Of a stretch of DNA of 64,000 nt, positions 37,355-49,111 are shown piece after piece. How positions within the stretch are numbered: the stretch's first letter is position 1; every line of letters begins with the position of its first letter. Source of the stretch: an uncultured bacterium (lineage in GTDB: Bacteria > Poribacteria > WGA-4E > WGA-3G). Where the stretch lies: contig CAZQIP010000206.1 of NCBI GenBank assembly GCA_964593655.1, positions 16,963 to 80,962 of the forward strand, given 5' to 3'. The notes under the pieces were generated by a model. It made no database searches. It saw nothing but the letters and a program-made list of their open reading frames with translations, and was not told the DNA's origin. Position numbers and translations under genes: made by a program.

Positions 37355-37966
37355 ATGAACAACATACTAAAAATTGTACGCGAGCAAGTGCTAGATTTAC
37401 TCAACGATTTAGACGCATCAATTGTAAAACATGAAGGGCACGAATACACAGAATTCCACAGATTATCTGAATATTTTGGAGTTAATAAGAGTAATGCCTC
37501 TCGTAATCGTCAGGATTACCCTAATTTATCTGTTCAGTTGGAGAAGAATGGAAGAAAAATATGGTTCATCCGGATCGATTTCATTCCATGGTGGGTTGCT
37601 AAATCAACTTCAAATCATGGTAAAAAGTCACCTAACGCCCAGAGACATGTTGTGGACTTCCTCAGTAAAATTGGTATTTTTGTTCCAGAAGCACCTCAGT
37701 ATCTTTATTTCGTTGAATCGGAAGAAACAGAGTATATCAAAATTGGGGTTACTGCAAACTATCATTCGGGCGGTAGACTGAACATACTGAAACAGACTGA
37801 TGGCGACTGTCGAGAGTTAGCAGTGCTCCAACTTGATAATGCCTACGAGTGGGAGAAAAAGATCCATCGCCTTTTTAGTGATCTAAACGTTGAAGGAGAA
37901 TGGTTTAGAGGAGACAAAAAGTTAATAGACTTTATTGACGAAGTTAGCAAACGAGATACCAATTGA
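37355..37966 (+). CDS. T5orf172/MUG113-type (GIY-YIG-like) domain protein with unknown N-terminal domain
   Basis: 203 aa. C-terminal YLYFVESEETEYIKIGVTANYHSGGRLNILKQ...AYEWEKKIHRLFSDLNVEGEWFRGDKKLIDFI matches the T5orf172 pattern. The gene is visibly AT-rich (about 35-37% GC by eye). Confidence 0.7.
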   Translation: MNNILKIVREQVLDLLNDLDASIVKHEGHEYTEFHRLSEYFGVNKSNASRNRQDYPNLSVQLEKNGRKIWFIRIDFIPWWVAKSTSNHGKKSPNAQRHVVDFLSKIGIFVPEAPQYLYFVESEETEYIKIGVTANYHSGGRLNILKQTDGDCRELAVLQLDNAYEWEKKIHRLFSDLNVEGEWFRGDKKLIDFIDEVSKRDTN

Positions 37967-38042
37967 GTTTCCTTCAACCACCTCAGAGCGGATCGGCGTT
38001 CATTTGACTTACCTGATCGAACCGTAAGGAAAAATTAAAAAG

Positions 38043-39017
38043 ATGAAATCGAAATCCAGTAAAGCGTTCTTTGTTTCAGTCCTATTGCATCTCGGCATCG
38101 GGGTGCTTGGATTCTTCTATTGGTTTAGTACGGCTCCGATGCGAGAAGCGTCGAGTATTAACGCCTTGTTTGTTAGGGAAGAGAAACCGAAAGTTCGACG
38201 TGTAACGCCGCCGAAACGTGCCCAAATTGTCAAGGAAAAGACCCGCGATGTTAGTCAGCAACGTCTGAAAATCCTCACGAGCAACGCGCCCGTCAGCAGT
38301 CGTGGGGTGGTTTCCGCAGCGGAACCCGCACCCTTCCAGCAGTTCGACAACAAGGACTTAGTCGAACCCATTGGACCCACCGCAACATCTGTCGAATTTG
38401 ACAATGTGCCTCGTGTGCAAAAGGTTATTGAACGTCCTTTTGTGAAACAAGAGAAAGTCGAAACCCGATATAAAAGCAGATTAGTGAGGTTCATTGAAGC
38501 ACAAGAGGGACCCCAGCGGATTGTCTACTGCGTGGATTTGTCAACCAGTATGCAAAACCTACCGCCGCACAAACTCAAAAAGATTATAGACCTCATGCGA
38601 GATTCGCTGACTTTCCTTGAGTCACACGATAGTTTTAATATTGTTGCATTTAGTACGGAGTTGGTCGTTTACAAAGAAAACTTTGACCCGGTAACCGATG
38701 AAACAGTTGCCGCGTCGTCAAACTATCTCGCCGACATCCAATCCCAAATCCGCACAAAAGGTACCGATCACGATATGCTAACTGCCTTGACGGAAATCGC
38801 CAAGACTTCACCCACCCTCGTTGTCCTCTTTAGCGATGGCATCCCTACCACGATCGAGGGACCAGATCTGACGCTTGTGGGTCAATACGCCACGGGCAAT
38901 GGACGCATTTTCGCCATGGGGATTGGGATGTCCCCCAATTTCCCCGGCGCAGTGATGTTGAAACGCCTTGCTACGGTCAGTCAGGGAGATTTGTGGCTGG
39001 TTGACAGAGGCCGATAA
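38043..39017 (+). CDS. Membrane-anchored von Willebrand factor A (VWA) domain protein
   Basis: 324 aa. TonB-like N-terminal anchor AFFVSVLLHLGIGVLGFFYWF, Pro/Lys linker, and MIDAS residues CVDLSTSM ... GTDHD ... LFSDGIPT. Confidence 0.75.
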   Translation: MKSKSSKAFFVSVLLHLGIGVLGFFYWFSTAPMREASSINALFVREEKPKVRRVTPPKRAQIVKEKTRDVSQQRLKILTSNAPVSSRGVVSAAEPAPFQQFDNKDLVEPIGPTATSVEFDNVPRVQKVIERPFVKQEKVETRYKSRLVRFIEAQEGPQRIVYCVDLSTSMQNLPPHKLKKIIDLMRDSLTFLESHDSFNIVAFSTELVVYKENFDPVTDETVAASSNYLADIQSQIRTKGTDHDMLTALTEIAKTSPTLVVLFSDGIPTTIEGPDLTLVGQYATGNGRIFAMGIGMSPNFPGAVMLKRLATVSQGDLWLVDRGR

Positions 39018-39028
39018 GGGGACATTGC

Positions 39029-40858
39029 ATGCAGCAAGACAGCCTTACGCGTGCCGAAGAAATTTCCCAAGGTTTATATCCGCACCAAATAGAAGGGATC
39101 GCTTTTCTGCTCGGTCGCCGTCGTGCGCTCCTTGCTGATGATATGGGACTCGGCAAAACGCGTCAGTCGGTGATCGCGATGGTCGAGGCGGCAGCAGAAG
39201 GCCCCTATCTTGTGATCTGTCCGGCCTCTATTAAACGCAACTGGGCACGTGAAATCGAAATCGTTTTCCCAGACGCTGAACCTACCATCGTTGGTCCCGG
39301 ACCGCTCCCCGGTATAGATTACAGTGGTTGGATCATTGTCAATTATGAAATCCTTGGTAAAAACCTTGAGAAACTCCTTGCGTTTGACTGGAAAGGCGTT
39401 GTTTTTGACGAAGCACATTACCTAAAAAATTATCAGAGTCAGCGGAGTCGAAACGCATCAAAACTGGTTAAAGAGATTAAGCATGATCCTGTAGTCCACG
39501 CGTTAACCGGTACGCCAATGACAAGCCGTCCGCGCGATCTTTTTCCGTTGCTGCAGATTCTGGATCATCCTCTCGGAAAGAGTTTCCTCAGTTTTGCGAA
39601 ACGTTATTGTGAAGCGTATCAAGGAGACTTCGGATTAGTAGCAGATGGTGCAAGCAACCTCGAGGAATTGACTGTGCAACTCCACGGTGTCATGCTGCGC
39701 CGCACAAAAGATGAGGTATTAGACCTTCCACCGAAGGTGCGAACGTGGATGGACGTTGAACTGCACCCTTATGCAATCCAACACTTCAATCGACTGGTAC
39801 AAGAATTCATATCAAAATTTGACACGCCTGAAGCGATTGATGGAACACCAGAATCCGTTGGTTTATCATCAGCACACCGCGATGAATTAGACGATTCAAT
39901 AGACACGACGGATTTAGGAAGTGGAATGGGTAGGATAACCCAAGTGCGGCGGGCGATTGCTTTTGTTAAATGTCGTCACACCATTAAATTCGTGGAAAAT
40001 GCGCTGGAACAAGGTGAAAAAGTAATTATCTTCACCTCCTTCCTCAATACGATGCAGCGATTCCAAAAACATTTCAAGGACCGAGCGGTTTATGTTTCCG
40101 GTGAAGTCCCTGCTCACGAGAGACAAGACAGAGTAGACCGCTTTCAAAACGATGACGACATCAAAATTTTCGTAGCCAACATGCACATAGCAGGCGTTGG
40201 TATAAATCTCACCGCGGCGCGACAGGTCGTCTTTAATGACTTAGATTGGGTGCCTGCTAATCACTGGCAGGCGGAAGATCGGGCCTATCGGATCGGTCAG
40301 ACAGGAACCGTTAATGTCACCTATATGATTGCGACTGGAACTGTTGATTCGTTTGTTAAGACAGTATTAGAAACCAAAGCAGCATTGATGGATTCCATCG
40401 TCGAAGGCTCAATTTTGATACCGGGAGGCGAGGCTGCTCTCCAGCTGGATGTCCTCAGCGAACTCAAACGGATGATGAATGCTTTGTCTATCCAAACCAC
40501 TAAACTTGAAGTATCTGAACTGCATGACGTGCTTCAGAAAGCGGGAGATGTCTACCTTGAAGAGAATGCCTCACACCTCCGCGAAGCGGCGCGTGCGCAG
40601 CTGCGTCCATATTCCGAAGAAGCCATCCGCACGTTAGCCCAAGTCCTTTCTGGTCCTGAACGGCGCATCTACCACGCCGAGAGTTCATCCCAGAAAGGTA
40701 AGTTTTACACGCTGGAGGTTGTCGGTGTAGATATAACGTGCGATTGTCCAGGTTTCACGCACCGTGGCAGTTGCCGACACGTCCGTCCCCTGAAATCTGC
40801 GCTTGTCGCTGGGAACCCGTTGCCGAAAGGGTATAAGCAAGTTTCACCCCAGAAATGA
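39029..40858 (+). CDS. SNF2-family helicase/ATPase with C-terminal SWIM zinc finger
   Basis: 609 aa. LADDMGLGKTRQSV (motif I), VVFDEAHYLKN (II), LTGTPMTSRP (III), QAEDRAYRIGQ (VI). SWIM CDCPGFTHRGSCRH at nt 40739-40780. Confidence 0.9.
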   Translation: MQQDSLTRAEEISQGLYPHQIEGIAFLLGRRRALLADDMGLGKTRQSVIAMVEAAAEGPYLVICPASIKRNWAREIEIVFPDAEPTIVGPGPLPGIDYSGWIIVNYEILGKNLEKLLAFDWKGVVFDEAHYLKNYQSQRSRNASKLVKEIKHDPVVHALTGTPMTSRPRDLFPLLQILDHPLGKSFLSFAKRYCEAYQGDFGLVADGASNLEELTVQLHGVMLRRTKDEVLDLPPKVRTWMDVELHPYAIQHFNRLVQEFISKFDTPEAIDGTPESVGLSSAHRDELDDSIDTTDLGSGMGRITQVRRAIAFVKCRHTIKFVENALEQGEKVIIFTSFLNTMQRFQKHFKDRAVYVSGEVPAHERQDRVDRFQNDDDIKIFVANMHIAGVGINLTAARQVVFNDLDWVPANHWQAEDRAYRIGQTGTVNVTYMIATGTVDSFVKTVLETKAALMDSIVEGSILIPGGEAALQLDVLSELKRMMNALSIQTTKLEVSELHDVLQKAGDVYLEENASHLREAARAQLRPYSEEAIRTLAQVLSGPERRIYHAESSSQKGKFYTLEVVGVDITCDCPGFTHRGSCRHVRPLKSALVAGNPLPKGYKQVSPQK

Positions 40859-40864
40859 TAGGAT

Positions 40865-41698
40865 TTAGTAATTTTTGATGAACAGATCTCTACCTTTTGC
40901 GGCACTGTCCTTCCGATAATTGTTCATTCCGTATTGGAGTGTCCACTCCTGAATTTCGGCGAAATCAAAGAGTTTCCTGATAACAGGCGAGTCATCGTAG
41001 GTAATCAGCCATCTGTGTGGACACTTCTTCATATTCTTGGCGAATCGTGTGTGATCAAATGTAGCATGCAGTTCGCCTCTCACTCCGTATAATTTCGATT
41101 CGGTTGCTTTCCAATAGGGCGGGTCCAGGAAGATAAACACATCATCGCCGTCTTGAAAAAGTGCGTCGGCGTAATCCCAGTTCGTGATTTTGACCCCAGA
41201 AAGATAAGGTGAAATGTTTTTCACACGTTCAATAGACGACTCCGTAAAACGTTTTTCATAAGCGGCTTGTGAATATCCTCCAGAATCTACAACGCCGGAG
41301 AAAGTAATCCGATTTAGTACGAAAAAGCGCACTGCGCGTTGGAATTCACAGAGCATATCTCGGTTTTGGTTCAATTGATCTTTCGCTTGTGTTAGTTCCT
41401 CAAACAAGGCGCGCCCGTTTGTAGTGGTCGTGTGCGTATTTGTTAACCCTTCAACCAAATTTGGGCCATTGTCTCTTGTCTGTTTCCAAAAGCAGTAGAG
41501 GTCGTAGTTAAGGTCATTGATCCAGTAAGATTTGATACGGTCTTGAAAGAGGTTTCGGATTGCAAAAAAGACAGAACCACCACCGACGAAAGGCTCCCGG
41601 AACTCGGATATATTTACCGGAATAAGCGGCAAGATCTGTTTTAGGGCTCTGGATTTACCACCGGGGTATCGTAACGGGCTTTTTGCTGTTTTAGCCAT
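40865..41698 (-). CDS. dam: DNA adenine methyltransferase, D12 class (Dam family)
   Basis: 277 aa. LRYPGGKSRAL, FREPFVGGGSVFF (AdoMet motif), FIFLDPPYW (DPPY). Its stop lies 6 nt from the stop of the convergent SNF2 gene. Confidence 0.88.
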   Translation of the reverse strand: MAKTAKSPLRYPGGKSRALKQILPLIPVNISEFREPFVGGGSVFFAIRNLFQDRIKSYWINDLNYDLYCFWKQTRDNGPNLVEGLTNTHTTTTNGRALFEELTQAKDQLNQNRDMLCEFQRAVRFFVLNRITFSGVVDSGGYSQAAYEKRFTESSIERVKNISPYLSGVKITNWDYADALFQDGDDVFIFLDPPYWKATESKLYGVRGELHATFDHTRFAKNMKKCPHRWLITYDDSPVIRKLFDFAEIQEWTLQYGMNNYRKDSAAKGRDLFIKNY

Positions 41699-41881
41699 GA
41701 TGATCTGCTATCAAGATACTCTGGAAAAATTTATGGGTGTTCATCTCAGAACATTCTCACTACTTTACAAAGTATAACATGCCTCACCTTACTTTTCAAT
41801 CTGTTCATTGGAAGTTTTAAATCACATTCCATTTCGGTTTCTCCCCGTTTTAACGAAACTCCTTTCATCCGAATTTTCTGC

Positions 41882-41910
41882 TTGACACCTGTCTAAAAAT
41901 CCCGTAAAAT
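41882..41910 (+). promoter_or_regulatory. Sigma70-like promoter candidate (TTGACA-17 nt-TAAAAT) for the sulfatase gene
   Basis: TTGACA 41882-41887, 17-nt spacer, TAAAAT 41905-41910; about 40 nt upstream of ATG 41949. Confidence 0.45.
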
Positions 41911-41948
41911 GAGAACAGCCAAATCTAAATAGAGAGGAAAATAGAGAT

Positions 41949-43316
41949 ATGCCACAAGACTCAAATCAACCCAATGTTATCGTTTTTTTCACCGACCAGC
42001 AGCGGTGGGATACATCCGGCTTGCACGGAAATCCGCTCGACTTGATGCCGAACTTCGACCGGATGGCACAACGCGGTACACATGTCCGTCGATCTTTCAC
42101 ATGCCAACCTGTCTGTGGGCCTGCGCGCTCGTGCCTACAAACAGGATTATACGCCACACGGACAGGATGTTTCCGAAATGGTATTCCACTCTCACCAAAC
42201 CTCAAGACCCTCGCACACCACTTCGGTGAGGCAGGCTACGCGACCGGATATATCGGTAAGTGGCACCTCTATAGCGGTGGTGGCACTGGACCGGGGCCCG
42301 TGCCTGCGGAGCATCGCGGTGGGTATGATTATTGGTTAGCATCCAATACGCTCGAATTTACTTCCGACGCATATCAGACAACGCTTTATGATAATGACAA
42401 TAAACCCGTTGACCTTCCCGGCTATCGTGTAGACGCGCTCACCGATGCAGTGATACGCTACGTTGACCGACATAAAACCGAACCATTTTATCTTTTTACC
42501 TCATACATTGAACCACACCACCAAAACCATTTAGACGACTATCCGCCGCCGGACGGGTACCGGGAGCGGTATACGGGGAAATGGATACCACCGGATCTTG
42601 CTGCGCTCGGTGGATCAACGCACCAGCACTTAGGTGGTTACTACGGTATGGTGAAAAGGTTGGATGAAGCACTCGGCAGACTTTTAGATGCTCTCAAAAG
42701 TCTCCACCTACTTGATAACACGATTATTCTTTTTACCTCTGACCATGGATGTCATTTCAAAACCCGTAATGGTGAATATAAACGCTCATGCCATGAAAGT
42801 TCTATCCGTGTGCCGACTGCGTTCCACGGAGCCGATTTCATTGGTGGTGGACAGCTCCAAGAACTCGTCAGTCTCGTTGATCTTCCGCCGACGCTGCTTG
42901 ATGCTGCAGGTTTGGAAGTCCCGGCTGAAATGCAAGGCAGATCTATTATGCCGTTGGTACGGGGGGAAACGGACGACTGGCCAGAAGAGGTTTTCGTCCA
43001 AATTAGCGAGGCGCAGGTCGGGCGCGCGGTTCGGACGCAACGTTGGAAATACGGTGTAGATGCCCCGAATAAGAGCGGTGGCAGAGATGCCGGGTCAGAC
43101 CGGTATGTGGAGCAATACCTTTATGATCTTCAGGCAGATCCATACGAGTTACGGAATCTCGTCGGACTTCAATCGCATGAACCGGTTACAGAGGTCATGC
43201 GGGAACGGCTCATTCGGCGGATGTTGGAGGCAGGCGAAGAGGCACCAACGGTCGAAGCAGCACCTACACAACGGAGCGGACAGCGCAGTGTAACCGAAGC
43301 GGAGGCGCGAAGTTAG
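41949..43316 (+). CDS. Sulfatase (formylglycine-dependent), cytoplasmic-looking N-terminus
   Basis: 455 aa. VIVFFTDQQR, CQPVCGPARSCLQTGLY, FTSDHG. Confidence 0.9.
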   Translation: MPQDSNQPNVIVFFTDQQRWDTSGLHGNPLDLMPNFDRMAQRGTHVRRSFTCQPVCGPARSCLQTGLYATRTGCFRNGIPLSPNLKTLAHHFGEAGYATGYIGKWHLYSGGGTGPGPVPAEHRGGYDYWLASNTLEFTSDAYQTTLYDNDNKPVDLPGYRVDALTDAVIRYVDRHKTEPFYLFTSYIEPHHQNHLDDYPPPDGYRERYTGKWIPPDLAALGGSTHQHLGGYYGMVKRLDEALGRLLDALKSLHLLDNTIILFTSDHGCHFKTRNGEYKRSCHESSIRVPTAFHGADFIGGGQLQELVSLVDLPPTLLDAAGLEVPAEMQGRSIMPLVRGETDDWPEEVFVQISEAQVGRAVRTQRWKYGVDAPNKSGGRDAGSDRYVEQYLYDLQADPYELRNLVGLQSHEPVTEVMRERLIRRMLEAGEEAPTVEAAPTQRSGQRSVTEAEARS

Positions 43317-43422
43317 ATCAGATTTGCTCACCTCGCATGCTTGAAAGACACGTTGACTCAGTTCAGAAACCCGTTTTTCGACAAAGGAGAAAAACGGCGC
43401 AGAGAGGCCCATAAGTAAAAAA

Positions 43423-44568
43423 ATGAAAATTACAGATGTCAAAACGTTGGTCATGGGGACCAGTTGGCGGAACTTAACCTTCGTCAAAGTTGAAACCGAT
43501 GAAGGCTTGACCGGCATCAGCGAGGTGCGGATGAACAACCGTACAGATGCGCTTGTTGCCTATATTGACGGTGCGAAGAAGCGGCATGTCATCGGTAGCG
43601 ATCCATTTAACACTGAGGATCTCTACCAACGACTATTTCGGGATGACTATGGCCGTGCTGGTGAAATCGTTGCGACTGGCATTAGCGTTATTGAAATTGC
43701 GTGCTGGGATATTATCGGCAAGGCGTTGAACCAACCTGTCTACCGATTGCTTGGTGGTGCGTGCCGCGATAAGATTAAGGCGTATGCCAACGGTTGGTAT
43801 CGCGTTGAACGCTCCACTGAAGAATTTCATGCTGCAGCGAAAAGGGTGCTTGAAAAAGGTTATCGTGCCTTGAAGTTTGATCCGTTTGGTGCAGGCTATT
43901 ACGAGCTCTCTTATGAAGAGAAGTTGAAGTCTGTCGGACTTGTTGAAGCGGTGCGTGATGCTGTTGGTCCCGATGTTGAGATCCTCGTTGAGATGCACGG
44001 TAGATTTAGTCCGTATATGGCGATTGAAATTGCCGCCGAATTGGAGAAATTCCAACCCAGCTGGGTCGAAGAACCTGTGCCACCGGATAACATCGCAGCA
44101 CTTGCAAAAGCGGCGGATCATATCAACCTCCCTGTCGCCACGGGTGAGCGGCTCCACAATAAGTATGAATACCGTGAGTTGATTAACCTACAAGCAGCAG
44201 ACATCCTGCAACCCGATATTACGCAGACAGGCGGCTTTTTGGAGACGAAGAAGATCGCGGCGATGGGGGATATGTGTTATATGACAGTAGCACCGCACAA
44301 TGTCGGTGGCCCCGTTTCTACCGCGATTGCCTTGCATTTCGCTACATGCACCACAAACTTCAAAATTCAGGAACATTTCAACGATTTCTCTGAGGCGTGG
44401 GTGAAAGAGGCAGCGACGGGATGCCCGGAAGTGATTGACGGTTATTTTAGTCTGCCTGATGGCCCTGGACTCGGTATGGAATTGAATGAGGATCTTATTG
44501 CCGAACATCCGTATCGTGAAGGTTCATTCAACCTCTGGGAAGACGATTGGCATAAGCGCGAGTATTAG
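43423..44568 (+). CDS. Enolase-superfamily dehydratase (mandelate racemase/muconate lactonizing family, D-galactonate-dehydratase-like)
   Basis: 381 aa. MKITDVKTLVM...FVKVETDEGLTGISEV, KFDPFG, EEPVPPDN, ATGERL. Confidence 0.85.
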   Translation: MKITDVKTLVMGTSWRNLTFVKVETDEGLTGISEVRMNNRTDALVAYIDGAKKRHVIGSDPFNTEDLYQRLFRDDYGRAGEIVATGISVIEIACWDIIGKALNQPVYRLLGGACRDKIKAYANGWYRVERSTEEFHAAAKRVLEKGYRALKFDPFGAGYYELSYEEKLKSVGLVEAVRDAVGPDVEILVEMHGRFSPYMAIEIAAELEKFQPSWVEEPVPPDNIAALAKAADHINLPVATGERLHNKYEYRELINLQAADILQPDITQTGGFLETKKIAAMGDMCYMTVAPHNVGGPVSTAIALHFATCTTNFKIQEHFNDFSEAWVKEAATGCPEVIDGYFSLPDGPGLGMELNEDLIAEHPYREGSFNLWEDDWHKREY

Positions 44569-44720
44569 TCAGGACTGTGATTGAGAGATTTGTGTGGAAA
44601 ACTTGAATTTCGGAAGCATTGTGTGGTATCCTTTCAAATAGGAACATTGAAAACAAAAAGACATGACCACGCAATATTTTTGAAATATTCCTTGATTCAA
44701 CAGTTCTGAGGAGAAAGAAC

Positions 44721-46383
<1,663 letters not shown>

Positions 46384-46419
46384 CCCGTTTGGGCAGGTTC
46401 CCGTGCCTGCCCTCTATAT

Positions 46420-47436
46420 CTACAAACGCGCCTCCAAAAATGCGATCCCAGTTTCCAGATTGATTTCATGTTCGCCTTGAAAATGATCGAGGACTAAGCG
46501 ATCGCGGTGTCCTGATGCCTCATAGATTTTCTCTACCTGTTTGAATGCTTGTAGCGCATCCGCCTCAATAAAACACATATCATCGGAACCGATCTGCACC
46601 ATACACGCCCGTGGTGCTATTAACCCTGCCACGTCTGCGATGTCGCCTGCCTTCCGAAGCCCGAACATAAATTGTGAACCGCATGTATTGCCACGTCCGC
46701 GGTCATTCAATGCGTCCGTCAATGTGCTGAGATAGCAGACGATAACCGCTGCTTTCACTCGCCGATCCAATGCGGAAATATAGGTGGTCATCGTACCACC
46801 GAAGGAACAGCCCATGCATCCTAAACGACGACTATCGACTTCAGGTCTCGACTGGAGATAGTCCAAACACCGTTGCCCGTCTGAGATATTGAGTTGCAGC
46901 AGCTGGTAGCCGAAGTACCCGAATGCGAGATAGGCGATGTTGCATCCGTCACGACCGGGACGGCGAGCCCATTCATCGCGGTCTTTCCGTTCGCCGAAAC
47001 ATCGCCAATCGGGTGCGATCGTTACAAATCCGCGCTGTGCCAACTCTACGGCGTATTGTTTCTGATAGTCCTCTACGATGCCGACTGCGCCGTCTTTACC
47101 GACTCCGTGTCCGTGTGCACACAAAACCGCTGGTGCCGGGTTTTCTCCACTTGCTCCTTCCGGGATTAGGACGTACGCTGGAATCGAAGAAAATGGATCC
47201 GGATTGAAGATAATCTTCTCCTGTGTATAACCATCATGCTGTGTTCGTTCCAAGGTTTCAACATCTAACGGCAATGCCTCTGGCGAGGGTCCCAGGTCCT
47301 TAACAAGGTTACGCCGGAATTTCCTTCGCCACGCTTGCCACTCCGTTTTCGTTGTGCCATCGAAATGGAGAGGTGGCGTTGCTTTTAGAAGCTGGACGAC
47401 CCCTTGTTCTGTTGTCAAAAAACGTTGTGCTGCCAT
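46420..47436 (-). CDS. Alpha/beta hydrolase (dienelactone hydrolase / acetyl-xylan-esterase-like)
   Basis: 338 aa. Nucleophile elbow GCSFGG and HGHG oxyanion region. Confidence 0.7.
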   Translation of the reverse strand: MAAQRFLTTEQGVVQLLKATPPLHFDGTTKTEWQAWRRKFRRNLVKDLGPSPEALPLDVETLERTQHDGYTQEKIIFNPDPFSSIPAYVLIPEGASGENPAPAVLCAHGHGVGKDGAVGIVEDYQKQYAVELAQRGFVTIAPDWRCFGERKDRDEWARRPGRDGCNIAYLAFGYFGYQLLQLNISDGQRCLDYLQSRPEVDSRRLGCMGCSFGGTMTTYISALDRRVKAAVIVCYLSTLTDALNDRGRGNTCGSQFMFGLRKAGDIADVAGLIAPRACMVQIGSDDMCFIEADALQAFKQVEKIYEASGHRDRLVLDHFQGEHEINLETGIAFLEARL

Positions 47437-47619
47437 AATTGTGCCTCCGTTCGCGCGGGATGTAATCCCCGTATTCGCGTATCGTTTAGACTTTTACCTC
47501 ATTATCTATACCGCAAAGCAAAGAAAAAGTCAAGTTTTATTGAGAAAAGTCAAATCGCGAGCATGGGGAAACACCGAAGCAAAACACTTGCTCCTACAAT
47601 ACTATCAGCAACAAAACGC

Positions 47620-47648
47620 TTTACATTCTCTTGAACTTTCGGTATAAT
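47620..47648 (+). promoter_or_regulatory. Sigma70-like promoter candidate (TTTACA-17 nt-TATAAT) for purB
   Basis: TTTACA 47620-47625, 17-nt spacer, TATAAT 47643-47648. Confidence 0.45.
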
Positions 47649-47707
47649 AAAATGAAAACAGAAAAGCAGGAGCGGATTTGTCTCCGCCCCAACGGAGAAG
47701 ATATTTT

Positions 47708-49111
47708 ATGGAACTTTACGAAGCCGTCAGTCCACTGGATTTCAGATATTATGGTAGCGATCCCGATTTTATGAAGCGATTGCTGCCTTACGTCTCCGAA
47801 GCGGGATACGTTACATATCAGGCAAAGGTGGAGGCGGCATTGGTACGCACTTTGGCAAACTACGGTGTCTGCTCGTCAGCCATTGCCGATGAGGTAGAAC
47901 AGGCGGTGGATTTGGTAACAGCAGAAGAGGTCTACGAGGAACAAGCACGGATTCGGCATAATATCCGTTCGTTGGTTAATGTGATCCGACGAAAGATTAG
48001 CCCGGAAGCGCGCCCTTATGTCCATCTGTTCGCTACTTCTGCAGACATCTTGGATACTGCGACTGCCTTGCGGTTCAAAGCACTCACTGAAAACGTGATT
48101 GTTCCTGATTTAATTGCATTGGAACAGCAACTGATTGGATTGGCGCGCGAGCATGCAGAAACCGTACAAATCGGTAGAACGCACGGACAGCACGCGGAGC
48201 CGACAACGTTTGGCTATGCCCTGGCACTCTATATCAGTCGTCTCGGGACCCGTATTGAGAAGATTCATGAAGCAGGACAAAATCTACGTGGTCAATTTTC
48301 AGGGGCAGTTGGTGCGTTTAACGGACTCACACTGATTCATGAAAACCCAGAACAGATTGAGCGGGATTTCCTGGCACTGCTCGATTTGAAGCCATCCGAT
48401 ACGCACACATCAACACAATGTGTAGAACCGGAGTTTATCTCGGATCTGGCGTATCAGGTTACGGCGGCGTATACGGTGCTTGCGAACTTCGCGGACGATA
48501 TGCGGCATCTTTATCGTACTGAAATCGCAGAGGTCGGCAGGAAATACAATCCGCAACTGGTCGGTTCATCGACGATGCCGCACAAAGTGAATCCAGAGGC
48601 TTATGAGAACATCAAAAGTTTGTGGAAGGCGTTTGTGCCGCGTATGCAGACTGTTTTCATGGATAGTATTTTAGAACATCAACGCGACTTGACGAATTCG
48701 GCATCAAGCCGTTTTTTGACAGAACTGTTTACAGCGTTTGACTACGCCATCTATCGACTTCGACGCGCATTAGACGAGATGGATGTGAAGGCAGACAACA
48801 TGCGGCGTAACCTCGCGCTGAGTGCAGAGGACACGATTGCGGAGCCGATCTATCTGTTAATGGCGTATTACGGATTCCCGGATGCGTACGATCACACCCG
48901 GAAATTAATCGGACAGGTACATCAGACCGGAAAGAGTCTGACAACACTGCTGTGGGAAGATGAAACGTTCCGTCCGTTCCTCGACAAACTAACGGAACCA
49001 CAGCGTGAAGCACTACGAGACCCAACAAATTACATCGGTGCCTCCGTCCGGCGAACCCACGCGACGTGTGATGAATGGGAGAAACGGATTTTTAATTTAC
49101 CTTGCGGTTAA
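47708..49111 (+). CDS. purB: Adenylosuccinate lyase
   Basis: SPLDFRYYG N-terminus and fumarate-lyase signature GSSTMPHKVNP. ATG 47708 is preferred over the upstream alternative start at 47678. Confidence 0.9.
   Translation: MELYEAVSPLDFRYYGSDPDFMKRLLPYVSEAGYVTYQAKVEAALVRTLANYGVCSSAIADEVEQAVDLVTAEEVYEEQARIRHNIRSLVNVIRRKISPEARPYVHLFATSADILDTATALRFKALTENVIVPDLIALEQQLIGLAREHAETVQIGRTHGQHAEPTTFGYALALYISRLGTRIEKIHEAGQNLRGQFSGAVGAFNGLTLIHENPEQIERDFLALLDLKPSDTHTSTQCVEPEFISDLAYQVTAAYTVLANFADDMRHLYRTEIAEVGRKYNPQLVGSSTMPHKVNPEAYENIKSLWKAFVPRMQTVFMDSILEHQRDLTNSASSRFLTELFTAFDYAIYRLRRALDEMDVKADNMRRNLALSAEDTIAEPIYLLMAYYGFPDAYDHTRKLIGQVHQTGKSLTTLLWEDETFRPFLDKLTEPQREALRDPTNYIGASVRRTHATCDEWEKRIFNLPCG

Noticed and set aside
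37355-41698. Classifying the island as DISARM, BREX or a type I/III restriction-modification system
   Set aside because: No DUF1998 (drmB), PLD nuclease (drmC), PglZ, BrxC/PglY, HsdS/HsdR or Res-like genes are present. Only the generic SNF2 + methylase combination is shared.
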